From NCBI GenBank assembly GCA_951406725.2, contig OX597832.1, forward strand, positions 5,270,001-5,334,000: 64,000 nt of DNA, written 5' to 3'. The notes under the pieces are model-generated. The model worked only from the letters and a program-made list of their open reading frames with translations, had not been told where the DNA came from and did not search any database. The translations under genes and the position numbers were made by a program. Below, piece by piece: positions 23,996 through 37,717 of the stretch (within the stretch, counting starts at the first letter, position 1; each line of letters starts with the position of its first letter). Origin of the DNA: Octopus vulgaris. Taxonomy: Eukaryota.

Positions 23996-25719
23996 TAGAT
24001 GGGTGGATAGATTTGTAACACATCACGTACTGCATTCGCTTGCAAGTTTAAATACAAACAAAACAAAGAGAACTCAATAGATCTTGTAATGTTAAAATAT
24101 TATTATAGTCAAAGTTAACTAATTTTATTCAAGGTTACAGGAAATGGTTTGGTTGTTTGGTTGTTATGATTGATTTTTTTTTTTATAACAGGGTGTTTAT
24201 TTGATGAAAGTTTTATTCATGTATTTATCCACTTTATAGATCCAGTATGCATTTGGTTATTGCACTGTAATTTGTCATATTTGCTGGTTGTTATGTATTT
24301 TTACTGGGTGTTTGTATACTGCACTGTGTTTTAGTTATTTATAGCTAGTTTACTAGATTAGTACAGTATACAAAATTATACTGACCAGCGTTAGTTTTAT
24401 TCTAATTGTATTATACACAATTGTTTCATATTTCACAAAACCACACAAACACATACATACATTTATATACGACACTAAACGATTCAGGAATTAAAGCACA
24501 GGGTGGAGGGCCAATCTGTCGAATGAGAACATCGTAATTTATTATTTTTTACTTAAAACATATTGCTCATATTATTGCTGACAGGATATTTTTTTAAACT
24601 CTTGAAATTTGTCGTGTTTGGAAATATCACATAACATACACACACACACACGTATGACATGCTTCTTTCAGTTTCCATCAATCAAGTCCACTAGGCTTTG
24701 GTTGGCCTGGTGCTATAGTAGAACACACTTACCCAAGGTGCCATGTTGTGGGACTGAAACCAAAACCATGTGGCTGGGAAGCAAACTTCTAATCACACAT
24801 CCACGTCTGTGTTCATACATATACAAATATATGATGTTGAGAAGCCACAGAAATGGTGAAACATTGATGTCCATCAGTGCTGAATGAGATTTGGGGTGAG
24901 TTGCCTTTCCTGTTTATGACTTTTGGGTGATTTAACACCTGGAGCTTTGATAAAGTCATCAACATCATGCCTGCCATCAAATAAGCAAAGCACATGCTTT
25001 GAGCATGTGTGTTTGATAATTACTGTCATCATCAACATCATCATCATCATCATTTAACATCCGTTGTCCATGCAGGTATGGGTTGGACGGTTTGACCAGG
25101 GCTGGCAAGCTGAGGGGCTGCACCAGATTCATATATATAAGGTTAGCTGAGTTAGAGGTTAAAATAACCATCTAAGGGATAGAAGTATCCATTATACTAC
25201 TGGTATATTACCTATGTTTAACCATGGGTATACATATGCAATCATATTATGCTCATAAATTATAAGTAAAGACAAGGATAAGCATGAGTTTATCAAGTAT
25301 TTTGATTACATATATATATATATATATATTTTATTTGTTTCAGTCATTTGACTGTGGCCATGCTGGAGCATGAAAGGTCTCTTTTGCTGAACTACTAAGT
25401 CATGGGGTGTAAACACACTAACCCTAGTTGTCAAGCAGTGATGGGGGGACTTCTACAGACACAAAGACACATGCACATAGATATATACATATATATATTT
25501 ACAATGGGCTTCTTTCAGTTTCCATCTACCAAGTCCACTCAGAAGGCTTTGGTTGGCCCAAGGCCAGAGTAGAAGACACTTGTGCAGAATGACACACAGT
25601 GGGACTGAAGCCAGAACCATGTAGTTGGGAAGCAAGCTTCTTACCACACAGCCACACCTACCTGTACACACATGCACATACACAAACATGCACATACACA
25701 TACACACATAAGTATTTCA

Positions 25720-27870
25720 TAATCATCATTTAATGTCTGTATTCTACACTGGCATGGGTTGAATAGTTTGACAGCATCCAATGAACCAGAGGACTGTGTC
25801 GGGCTCTGATATCTACTTTGGAATGGTTTCTACAACTGGATGCCTTTCCTAATGCCAACCAATTTATAGATAAGGTCACAAAAACTTGCAAAACAAAACC
25901 CTTAGCCTGAGTAGAGGTGCAGCATTGAGGGAGGGGGCTTTGTGTTAGGTGGTGAGAGGCTAAAGTACGATAGAGAGACAAGAACATGTCTTGCTGTAGA
26001 GGAAATACATGGTGACCCTATCAGAAAAGGGAGACAAGATGGTGAAGATGCAGTGTCAGGGTACAAAAAGGAGTATAAGGAGAGAATTGGGACTAAGGAT
26101 TGAGGATAGCTGGATGGGTATGTTCATGAGAGAGTGAAAGGGGAGTGACAGATGGTTAGGGATGGAAACAGGTGAATGCAGTAGATGGTGAACATGGATG
26201 GAAGTGTGGTCAATGGTGAATCTCAGTTTGAAGGCAAAGGTAAAGGAAAATAAGAATGGGTCAGGAAGAAGGAAGTGATAGATGGCAACATGTAAAAGGG
26301 TGGTGGTGGTGGAGGAGGAGCAACAGTATAACAGAACATTAGATAGATGAGAAATAAGGAGATGATGTAAAGTGTGTGGGGAGAGAGAGATGATACATAG
26401 TGACAGAGGTCGAGATCAGAGGGACAAATGGGTGCATACAGTGGGTAACAAAAACAGGTGTTGAGGATAGATATGAGAGTGTGATCAGAGGAAGAAAGGG
26501 CAACTCTGTGGAGAATAAAGTGGTAAGAGATAGAGTTGAGAATGCATGAAGGGTGACAAGAAAAGTGGTCCCAAGAAAAGAAATAACTTGTAGAACAAAA
26601 GTGGAGATAGTATATGTACAGTTTTACCTCCATATAATTACAGCAACTGAAGAAATAGTGCCTGGTTGAGGGGTGGGATGCAGGAGGGATGGGTGGTTTG
26701 AAGATGAGTTGTAGAGGAAGGCTAGACAGGTACAGATTGGGCTTGTATCTAAAGGAAAATAAGAATGTGGCAGAGTGGCTGTGTGGTAAGAAGCTTGTTT
26801 ACCAACCACATGGTTCCAGGTTCATTCCCACTGTGTGGCACCTTGGGCAAGTGTCTTCTACTATAGCCTCGGGCCAACCAAAGCCTTGTGAGTGGATTTG
26901 GTAGACGGAAACTGAAAGAAGCCCGTTGTATATATGTATATATATATGTGTGTGTGTGTTTGTGTGTCTGTGTTTGTCCCCGTAACATTGCTTGACAACC
27001 GATGCTGGTGTGTTTATGTCCCCGTTACTTAGCGGTTCGGCAAAAGGGACCGATAGTAAAGTACTGGGCTTACAAAAAGAATAAGTTCCGGGGTCGAGTT
27101 GCTCGATTAAAAGGCGGTGCTCCAGCATGGCCTCAGTCAGATGACTGAAACAAGTAAAAGAGTATACATAAAAGAGTGGTGGTAGTGGAGAAGCAACAAT
27201 ATAATAGAACTGTAGACAGATGAGAAACAAGGATATGATGTAAAGTGTGTGGGAGAGAGAAGTTCCAATTCTCTCTTTACGCACCTTTTTATACTCTGAC
27301 ACCTCATCTTCACCATCTTGTCTTCCAAAGGTATTGACATTAACAATATGCTTTTAAGAATTTATATTTGGCTGAGACGGATAGGTCTTCTCAAGCACAG
27401 TGAATCATCATTCATCTTTATCCTTTGTCATCTCCTCCATCTCAACAACATGAGGCTGGTCTTAATTATTTTGTGCCATGTTTTACTGGGTCTTTCAAAA
27501 GTTCCATCCACTTTTAGCAACTGCATTTCTTTATGCTGCTGTACTCGATATGCATCAAGTAACCATACAATGTGCAGCCTTCTCAATTGCACACTATATT
27601 TCAAGTGTCTTATGCCCAATTTTTCTCTCAACACATTTGCATTTTGTTGTACATGCACACTAACATTACACATCCAAAGGAGCATGACTGCTTCATTTCT
27701 TTTTCATTTTTACATGTCCTTTGCATCCAAATCCCCTGTTTCATAACCATGTAGCATTGTTGTTCATACACAAGCATCACACAATTTACCTTTCACTCTG
27801 GGAAAGAGACCTTAGAGATAGTAGCTCTCTGAACTTTCTCCAGTTAGTTTATATTCAGGCAACTATACAT
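25720..27870 (-). mobile_element. RTE LINE 3' portion with a long 3'UTR, interrupted by a SINE
   Basis: ORF remnant MLLWMCNVSVHVQQNANVLREKLGIR...RPSKTW at 27400-27870, a pyrimidine-rich UTR with an internal ~90-bp duplication (near 26293 and 27170), and a GAT tail at 25720. Confidence 0.75.
26769..27164 (+). mobile_element. Young family A SINE
   Basis: Near-consensus, with CpGs largely retained. Confidence 0.9.
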
Positions 27871-28979
27871 ACATATAAGTAGACTCATGCATATAGTCCG
27901 ACAGTCTGAGCTCACAAATGCTGACCAAAGAAGACAAAAACAGCTCAAATTTCAATAAATCACATACTCACAAATTCACTCACCCCACCCCCATCCTAGT
28001 AGTACAAACACAATAACATAATAATATCCAATTTGCATATATTGTAACAGATTTGGAGCAATGAGGGTACATAATTAATGAGGTTAAGAATGGCAACAAA
28101 AGGAATCTATTTGCAATGAAAGAATCCCAATTTCTAGTTCACTGTTTTAGTAACAGTAGATATAGGAATAGAGATTTACCCACTTTGACAGAGGACTTTT
28201 GCCTCTTCATCCTCAAAAAATACTCATAAGATGCCTTAAAGTTCACAAGTAACTTTTCCACAATTGTAGAAGAAATAGAAACTATACTACATGCTAGACT
28301 GATGACTATTTTAAATAAGGACTTCAACTGGGTTTTAAAAACTCAAGCCTTGATGAGACTTTTGATGATAGCATGGGTGTATATGACAGTGCAGAATATG
28401 TGGCTTTATAGGACTGTACTTCCTGAATGAATTCACCAGAAAAAGTTCATGACTATAAAATTTGGAATATACAGGGATGAGAGCAAAGCAGAATTCAAAA
28501 CTCCTGAATGGGCATGTACTAGAACAGGTTCAGAAAAGACTTGATACAAATATTTAATAGTGTTGGATTCAAAATAACTGACAATCAACCTTAACAAAGC
28601 AACATCTAAAACTTAGATACTACAGAGGTGTCTTTTTTATTTTCATTGAATAGGACAACTTCTCAGCTTTGGTGGCATGATAAAATACAGACAACTTGGC
28701 CTATTTTTTTTTCCCCTTTCTCTTTCTGTTGCAATGTGCAAGATGATGCAGACAATGCTGACACATTCAACCCATGTAAAATGGACACATTATAAAAGCA
28801 GACAAACAAACAGGTATTCTTTATATGCTTTTAGCCTTTTATTTGTTTCAGCCACGTGGCTGTGGTCATGCTGGAGCACTGCTGTGATTTTGCACTTTTA
28901 CAGATGATATGTACAGAAATTTAATACAATAATCAGTGATAAAAAGTTATCTATTTAACCAGCTGTTAAGATATTACAA

Positions 28980-29893
28980 AATGGAGGAGATGACAAAGGA
29001 CCGATATATCTGGTGCTTGCTGTGCTTAAGACCTGTTCACCAAAATAGCATTAATGTCCTAACACCACCTTGGTAAATGCTTGTATGTGTGTATGGTGGC
29101 TCTACCTCCACCTCCATTCTCACTGCCCTGTCAAGCTTTTCCCTAACATCTGATTCCCTAACACTCATCACTTCTCTATCTCTGAGGTATTATTCAGCTA
29201 CCATAATCACCTGAGAGCAGATTAGTTACATAATGCATCCTCTTCCTTTCATCACCTTCTTCTTTCTTCTCCTACTCCAGAACCACTTCCATTCTTCATT
29301 ATCTCCCTCCAATTATGCTCTCTCTTCTCTGCTACACTCCATCCCTAACACCTTTTGTATCCGCTATCATTCCCAATGTCTTCCCATATCTAACATAGCC
29401 CAACCCTGTACCACTCCTATATTTCTCCCCATCAATTACTACAGCCACTTCTGTCCCATCTAACCATCTCTCCTCACTTATATTCTCCCACCCACTGTCC
29501 CTTGAGGGTATGTTCTGACATACATCTATCCCCTTCTTTATTTTCCAATGGGGTATCCCTTCTACAGCAAGACCCCTATTCCTATCCCTCTATTATTCTT
29601 TTAACCTCTCATCAATTTGCACAAAGCCACCTCCCTCAATATTACTCCCTGCCAATTGAGGGGACTTTGTCTCATAAGTCACTCGGTGACCCCACTGGTA
29701 CTGGTGCCATGAAAAAAAGCATCTAATAGAATTTGCAGAATGGTTTGTGTAACGAAGGGCCTTCAGTCTTAGAAACTATGCCAGAACAGATAACAGAGCT
29801 TGGTACAGTCTTTTGGCTAGGCAGATTTTGTCAAACTGCCCAGCCTGTGCCAGCATGGAAAACTGATGCTAAATGATGATGTTGATGATGATG
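28980..29893 (+). mobile_element. RTE LINE 3' end with a pyrimidine-rich UTR
   Basis: EEMTKDRYIWC ORF end, CT-rich UTR, GAAGGGC motif and GATGAT tail. Confidence 0.65.
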
Positions 29894-30328
29894 AACCTAT
29901 AACAATCATAACTATTCTATATGCCATATTTGATAGTATATAAGACACACATTAAAAAAATGTTTCAAAAAATTACCTCAGGTCCTATATGTTAAACTGA
30001 ACTTATATCACATGCTTTAATGCTCTAAAATCTTTTGAGGCATCTAACATATCTGTGCATCTTTCATGCCATCAAACAGGATAATGCTTTCCTTCATTTT
30101 CATTGCAAGTCAGTCCAAATTTATCATACCTATCTCAGAACATTCAAGTTTTCTCTGCAATTTGGCTCCATTTTTCTGGTTAAGTTTTTAGAAGTCTGCT
30201 TTTCCTTCTCTCAGTTTTTGTTCACTTGGATCACAGTAAGCAATGTCAAATCACTAGATCAAGGAACTGCATGATTAAAGTGAAGATTTATATCGAAACA
30301 CTATATGTGTGTGTGTGTGTGTATGTGC

Positions 30329-30695
30329 AGGCATGGCTATGTAGCAAGAAATTTGCTTCCTAACCACATAGTTCCAAGTTCAATCCCACTATGTGGCACC
30401 TTGGGCAAGTGTCTCCTAGTCCTGGGTCAACCAAAACATTGTGAGTGAATTCAGAAAGCAAAAAACTGAAATAAACTTATCTATATATGTATGTGTGTAT
30501 GTTTGATCACCATCGCTACTTGACAACTGAGGTTGATGTACTTACATCCTTGTAATTTAGTGGTTTAATGGTTCAGAAAAAGAGACCAAAAGAATAAGTA
30601 CCAGGCTTAAAAAAAAAAAAAGAACTCAGGTCAATTTGTGCAACTAAAATTCTTCAAGGATGGCTGCAATCTAATGACTGAAGCAAGTAAAAGAT
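30329..30695 (+). mobile_element. Family A SINE, decayed
   Basis: Head and tail motifs are present. Confidence 0.8.
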
Positions 30696-31004
30696 ATCCA
30701 ACACAGTAGAGTGGATGCTTTTCTTAACAATGAATTCTCATAAATTATAATTAGTCAAAAATCTGTAATAATTAGTTCTACAAAATATTGTTTCTCATTT
30801 TTGATCTGTATTGCAACAAATGCAATGCCAGTATGTGACTTCTATAGAGAAAACCCTTTTATGTTAAATCAAAATTTCTCTTTAGCAAGTCATATTTTTA
30901 TAAATGAAATATGTAAGATTTTTTGTGATATATTAAAAATATTTGTTACAAGTTAAAGCAAAATAACTTGTTTGAAAATATCACTTACTGTATATATATA
31001 TATA

Positions 31005-31793
31005 TCTTTATTTGTTTCAGTCATTTGACTGCAGCCATGCTGGAGCATCCCCTCAAAGAATTTTAGTCAAATGAATCAATCCCAGTGCTTATTTATTTTT
31101 TAAACCTGATACTTAATCTACTGGTTTCTTTGGCTGAACTGGTAAGTTATAGGGATGTAAACACACCAACACCAGTTGTCAAGTGGTGGTGAGAGAGAGA
31201 CAGGCAGACATACATACACACATGATGGGCTTTTTTCAGTTCCTGTCTACAAAATCCACTCACAAGGCTTTGATCAGTTTGAGGCTATAGTAGAAGACCC
31301 TTGCCTAAGATCCCACACTGTGCGAGTAAACCCGTGTGAGTGGTTGGGAAGCAAGCTTTTTACCATGCAACCACACCTGTGCCTATACTCTTTTACTCTT
31401 TTACTTGTTTCAGTCATTTGACTGCGGCCATGCTGGAGCACCGCCTTTAATCGAGCAACTCGACCCCGGGACTTATTCTTTTGTAAGCCCAGTACTTATT
31501 TTATCGGTCTCTTTTGCCGAACCGCTAAGTAACGAGGACAAAAACACACCAGCATCGGTTGTCAGGCAATGCTAGGGGGACAAATACAGACACACAAACA
31601 CACACACGCATATATATATATACATATATACGATGGGCTTCTTTCAGTTTCCGTCTACCAAATCCACTCACAAGGCTTTGGTCGGCCCGAGGCTATAGTA
31701 GAAGACACTTGCCCAAGGTGCCACGCAGTAGGACTGAACCCGGAACCATGTGGCTGGTTAACAAGCTACTTACCACACAGCCACTCCTGCGCC
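31005..31793 (-). mobile_element. Two tandem family A SINEs (old 31005-31385, young 31386-31793)
   Basis: Two head-to-tail full copies. Confidence 0.9.
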
Positions 31794-32526
31794 TATGAAT
31801 TTTTTTTGTTTTCTTTTTGTTTTCTGTCAATGAAAATTCTACTTAAACAGAATCAGTAGACACTTATTAATTACAAGATGCAGAAACTGTCTAATTATAA
31901 GCTGCAGACACTGATTAATTGTAAAGCTGTAGATGACACACACTACATATCTTAATGCTTTTATAAGTATGTTTGATATAAGGCTAACTGTTATAAATGT
32001 GAATTATAAAATTATATTTTGTTAAAGAACAATAATTTTAATGCAGAGTTCGTCATAATAATTGCAAGATGCTATTATTTAAATGTATTTTGAGACAAAA
32101 AGCTAGCATAAAAAAATAAGTAAAGACAATAAATATTAAATATTTTAAAAGATAATAATGAACTTTTATACACATATAAATGCTAAGATAGAAAAAAATA
32201 TCTTTGTAACTGTAATGCAATGGTGCTTGCTTTTTTTCCCTCAACTTTGTCCTTTTTTCATGAAATAATGAAGGCTAAACTAGTAATGGGTTCAAATTTT
32301 GACACAAGGTCAGGAATTTTGGGTAAGGGGTTAAGTCAATTACGTCAACCCCAGTTTTCAATTGATATTCATTTTAACAACCCCACAAAGGATAAAAGGC
32401 AAAGTCAACCTCAGTGGAGTTTGAACTTAGAACATACAGATGGGGGAAACACTAGTAAGCATTTTACCCAGCATGCTAACAATTCTGCCAGCTCATGGTT
32501 AAACTAATAAAATTCAAAGAAATTAA

Positions 32527-32919
32527 CCCTTTTGACACCATATTTCTGCTGAACCTCACTGCCTCTGTTTCAGTTAATTTTGAAATAATAATAATAAACT
32601 TATTAAAATAAATTTGTAAGTATTAAGCTGGTGCTTGGAACATAAATTAACATGAAATTTGGGAGGAAGGTTTTAATTTACATCACTTTAAAATATATTT
32701 CTTTACTACCCACAAGGGGCTAAACATAGAGGGGACAAACAAGGACAGACAAAGGGATTTAGTCGATTACATCGACCCCAGTGCATAAATGGTACTTAAT
32801 TTATCGACCCCGAAAGGATGAAAGGCAAAGTTGACCTTGGTGGAATTTGAACTCAGAACGTAACGAGAAAGTTTGTATTAGAAATAAGGCCAGTTTCAGA
32901 CAGATTGGTATCAAAATGG
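32527..32919. mobile_element. piggyBac-type MITE with a nested family B SINE
   Basis: TTAA|CCCTTTTGACACC...GGTATCAAAATGG|TTAA. An inverted sister copy lies at 48948-49157. Confidence 0.75.
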
Positions 32920-33030
32920 TTAACTGAGCCCTCTATAATCAAATCAAATCAAATAAAAGTCACAATAAAAAAATAAAGAAAATTATTTTGTCATTAAAAA
33001 TATATATTAAAAAAATTATTTTTCATTTAC

Positions 33031-33243
33031 CTCATAGCATATGGCATTACGTATATGAAATATCAATATAAGATCAGTTGCCAGTTAAAGCATTCCAGTA
33101 AAATGATACTTTTCCTTCATGAGTGTGTATGTGTGTGTGGCATAACAAATTTTCATGTGAAAGATGTCCTTGTTTCTGCAACCAGTACAGTATGTTGCAA
33201 CAACATCAGTAGCAGCAACTTAAGGTAAATGTGGAATAACAAG
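33031..33243 (-). other. Candidate 5'-UTR exon of the SHANK-like gene
   Basis: Acceptor TCTTATTCTCCCCTTCTTGTTATTTAG| and donor GAG|GTAAAT bracket unique sequence with no long ORF. Confidence 0.3.
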
Positions 33244-33291
33244 CTAAATAACAAGAAGGGGAGAATAAGAATAATGAACAAATGCCAAATA

Positions 33292-33349
<58 letters not shown>

Positions 33350-33831
33350 CAAGTACCTATTTCATGATCGGGTGGAGGCTGCCTTCTTAGTGTCTTTTTT
33401 ACTTTAACAGCATTGATATAGAACTACTTAAAAACAACAGCTCTTAAATAGCCTGTCATTTGCATTTTGGAAGTTACATTCAGTAACTAATAAATTGAAA
33501 CATTATATTTTTTAATAATTACAATAAAAATGCCTAAAATAAATATCATCTGAAATATAATTAGACTAGAAAAAATTATGTAGAATAGAGAGGAAAATAT
33601 ATTTAAGATCATATAAATGTGAAAAAAAAGAAGTAAAAACAAAACCCCAAAAACAACTTACTTGAAAATATTTCTGGGAAGAAAAAATAACAAAAACAAA
33701 AAAGAAACAGCAGAGTGACAGAATGGTTTGGGACATTTAGTTATATCATATTATATTCTGAGATCAAATCCCACTGGATCTGTCAATAACATTTTTTCAC
33801 AGCTGTGGAGTTGATAAAATTATTAATCTAT

Positions 33832-34183
33832 TAGTCTGTCTGTCTATCTACCTGTCTGTCTGTCTGCCTGCCTGCCTATCTACCTACCTATCTATCTATC
33901 TATCTATCTGTCTGTCTGTCTGTCTATCTATCTATCGATCTATCTACTTACCTACCTACCTGTCTGTCTGTCTATATATCTATCTATCTATCTACTTACC
34001 TACCTGTCTGTCTATCTGCCTGTTTGTCTATCTATCTGTCTATCTATCTATCTATTTGTCTGTCTGTCTGCCTGCCTATCTGTCTGTCTATCTATCTGTC
34101 TGTCTTTCTGTCTATCTATCCACCTATCTGTTTGTCTATCTATCTCTCTATCCACGTCTGTCTACCTATATGTCTGTCTATCT
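33832..34183. repeat. Compound tetranucleotide microsatellite (TCTA/TCTG/CCTA/CCTG)
   Basis: Directly visible. Confidence 0.95.
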
Positions 34184-34643
34184 AACAACACCACCATCAT
34201 TATCATCACCATTCAATACTTGCCTTCAGTGCTGACATGGGTTGGATGGCCTAACAGATCCAATGAGTTGGTGGACTGCATCGTGTTCTAATATCTGCTT
34301 TGACATGGTTTCTACAGCTAGATGCCCTTTCTAATGCTAACCACTTAACAGAGTGGAGCAGAGTGATTTTTTTGAGGCATCAGCACAAGTGAGATCACCT
34401 TACATCTACTAATATGGCTTGCTTTCTACATTTTGTATACCTGTCCTTCTGTCTACATTTCAGTATATATAAAGAGCTGTCATTCTTCTGGTAATTTAGT
34501 CCCTGATATGCCTTTGCCCACCACAAGGGCTTGTCCTTGTTGCAATGTGATGACTTATGTGACTCAATGACTCTGAGAGCTCTGCCAGTGAAGTGCAAGC
34601 TCTTGATACACCCTTCCATGTTGGACAAAGAAAAGATAGCTGT

Positions 34644-35066
34644 CAGGAGTGGCTGTGTGGTAAGTAGCTTGTTTACCAACCACATGGTTCCGGGTTCAGT
34701 CTCACTGTGTGGCACCTTGGGCAAGTGTCTTCTGCTATAGCCTCGGGCCGACCAAAGCCTTGTGAGTGGATTTGGTAGACGGAAACTGAAAGAAGCCCGT
34801 CGTATATAAGTATATATATATGTGTGTGTGTGTGCGTGTATGTTTGTGTGTCTGTGTTTGTCCCCCTAGCATTGCTTGACAACCGATGCTGGTGTGTTTA
34901 TGTCCCCATCACTTAGCGGTTTGGCAAAAGAGACTGATAGTATAAGTACTAGGCTTACAAAGAATAAGTCCCAGGGGTCGAGTTGCTCGATTAAAAAAAA
35001 GGCGGTGCTCCAGCATGGCCGCAGTCAAATGACTGAAACAATTAAAAGAGTAAAAGAGTAAAGAGA
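34644..35066 (+). mobile_element. Young family A SINE
   Basis: Near-consensus, tail (GTAAAAGA)n. Confidence 0.9.
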
Positions 35067-35608
35067 GATTAACATGGACTATCTCTTTCCAGAGATAAAA
35101 GTGAATTTGTGTAGGACCAACTACCCTACCCAGATAAAAAAGCAGAGTTACAGAAGAATCGAAGGAAGGCTTTTTTTCATGGAAACGTAACTAAGGCAGA
35201 GCTAGAAAAGCATAGAAAGAAGGACAGATAGATCAGAGTTGAGAACAATGGAGACAAGTGGTTGGTGGCCCAGGAAGCTCCAAAGAAACGAATGAATAGG
35301 TTAAGCACATGTGCTTTCGTGTGAAACAGTATGTATTTTGTCAGATTCAGTCTCTGATAAAACGTGTGTGTGTGTGTGCATGTGCATGTGTGTATGGGTG
35401 TACAAATGTGAAAGCGATCAATACATATCATCATCATCATTTAACATCCATTTTCCATGCTGGCATGAGTTGAACAGCTTGAAAAGAACTGGTAAAGCCA
35501 GGAATTGCACCAGGTCCCAAAGCCTGTTTTTGTTTGATTTTTATGGCTGGATGCCCTTCCTAATGCCAACCACTTTACAGAGTGTACTTGGTGCTTTTTT
35601 TTCTACAT

Positions 35609-36183
35609 GGTACCACCACCAGTGCTTTTTGTGTGGTACCAGCACCAATGCTTTTTATGTGGACCATCACCAATGCTTTTTAAGTGGCACCACCACCAAT
35701 GCTTTTTATGTGGACCATCACCAATGCTTTTTATGTGACACCACCACCAGTGCTTTTTATGTGGTACCAGCACCAATGCTTTTTATGTGGTACCACCACC
35801 AGTGCTTTTTATGTGGTACCAGCACCAATGCTTTTTATGTGGTACCAGCACCAATGCTTTTTATGTGGTACCACCACCAGTGCTTTTTATGTGGTACCAG
35901 CACCAATGCTTTTTATGTGGTACCACCACCAGTGCTTTTTATGTGGCACCACCACCAATGCTTTTTATGTGGTACCACCACCAATGCTTTTTAAGTGGCA
36001 CCAGCACCAATGCTTTTTATGTGGTACCAGCACCAATGCTTTTTATGTGGTACCAGCACCAATGCTTTTTATGTGGTACCAGTACCAATGCTTTTTATGT
36101 GGGACCAGTACCAGTGCTTTTTATGTGGTACCACCACCAATGCTTTTTATGGGGTACCACCACCAATGCTTTTTAAATGGTAT
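35609..36183. repeat. 26-bp minisatellite, about 22 units (GTGGTACCA[C/G]CACCA[A/G]TGCTTTTTAT)
   Basis: Period 26 (for example 35761 and 35787), contiguous with a family D repeat at 35428-35608. Confidence 0.95.
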
Positions 36184-36207
36184 CAACATGTTATTTATTC
36201 CCTGAGA

Positions 36208-36620
36208 TACTTTTATTCTTTTACTTGTTTCAGTCATTTAACTGTGGTCATGCTGGAGCACCACCTTAACAGGTTTTAGCCAAACAACTTGACCCTGGAA
36301 CTTATTTTTTGTAAGCTCAGTACTTATTCCTTCAGTCTCTTTTGCTGAACTGCTAAGTTATGAGGATGTAAACACATTAACATTGGTTGTCAAGCAATAG
36401 TGGGGGCGGGAACAAGCACAGACACAAAGTCACACACATATACATATGTATGTGTATATATGATGGGGTTCTTTTCAATTTGCGTCTACCAAGTCCACTC
36501 ACAAGGCTTTAGTCAGCCTGAGGCTATAGTAGACACTTGCCCAAGGTACCATGCAGTGGGACTGAACTGGAACCATGTGGTTGAGAAGCAAGCTTCTTAC
36601 CACACAGTCACAGTTGCACC
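36208..36620 (-). mobile_element. Family A SINE
   Basis: Full head and tail. Confidence 0.85.
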
Positions 36621-37671
36621 TGATTTTTTTTATTTTTTGCTTTTTGCATATTTGTGAACAGCTGATGATTCACTCTATCACTACTCAGAGTTCTCCCACC
36701 AAAATGCAGTCATTCATCTTGATCCACATATGATGTGGGGAACCTCTAAGTAGAGATGGAGTGAAACATCAACAATTTCTAAACACTCAAACTCGTACCC
36801 TTCTCCTTACATCATGTGATGATAATATAAACGAACAACAACCATCATTCAAGCAATGTTGTTTGTTTCCAGTCTTTCTTGAAAAACATGTCTGTCCATG
36901 GGAAACAAATGAGAGTTGGCAACATGAAGCACATCTGTCCATACAAAATCTGCCTCAACAAATTGTCTGATCCATGCAAGCATGGAAAACTAAACATTGA
37001 ATAACGATGATGATCCAGCTACCAGTATAAGACTTACAGATTTGATGAGTAAGTGTGTATAATAAATCAATTGAAATTGCTTTATTTCTTGCTTTATCTA
37101 ATTTCTTTTTTTAGTGAATTTCAGTGTAGGACAATCATCAACAAACCAACAAGAGAGCGACTGTCAGCTCTTTGTCAATGGTTCTTAACCTGAAACATGA
37201 TAATTACTATCAACCTTTAAATACTGGGTTACAATATTATATATTGTCTTTTGTCTGAAGAACAACACACTCTCTAAACATACTGTTACTATTACCCTTT
37301 AGATTTATTTTAAGACAAATCTTTATAAACATGATGCCTTTAAATAGTAAATGTTAATTTGTCCTCTACTAGACTTTGTAAATCGACATTTATGTTCCCC
37401 ATTTGAAGTCATTTTACTTCACTTATATAACTAATATCCTTGGAGAGGTAGAGGCCTGAATGTTACAACATTCCATTTCATTTTACCTACAAATATAGAA
37501 CAGTGTGCCCAGACAAAAGGAGATCCATATATCTATCTTCAAAGCATTTATGAAATGTCAATAATTCATTTTTTTTTTTAATCTTACTAGCAGCTGTATT
37601 AGATACATATGAAAATGTAACTAAAAACATGTGGTTCAGATTAAATAGATTTTATTCATTGGTATAGAACA

Positions 37672-37717
<46 letters not shown>

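Noticed and set aside
24560-24620. Possible further hammerhead (CTGACAGGA...CTCTTGAAATTTGTC)
   Set aside because: The core is not CUGANGA and helices I and III cannot be formed convincingly.
26223-26633. 136-aa Pro/Leu/Ser-rich ORF
   Set aside because: It is the pyrimidine-rich 3'UTR of an RTE LINE, a compositional artefact.
29977-30266. Minus-strand segment bounded by AG and GT, a possible coding exon
   Set aside because: Stop codons in all three frames and a weak acceptor.
35609-36183. CRISPR-like array, or a Cys/His-rich repeat protein (227, 173 and 129 aa ORFs)
   Set aside because: Units are contiguous with no unique spacers, there are no cas genes and the context is eukaryotic. The 26-bp period cycles through all frames, so the ORFs are by-products.
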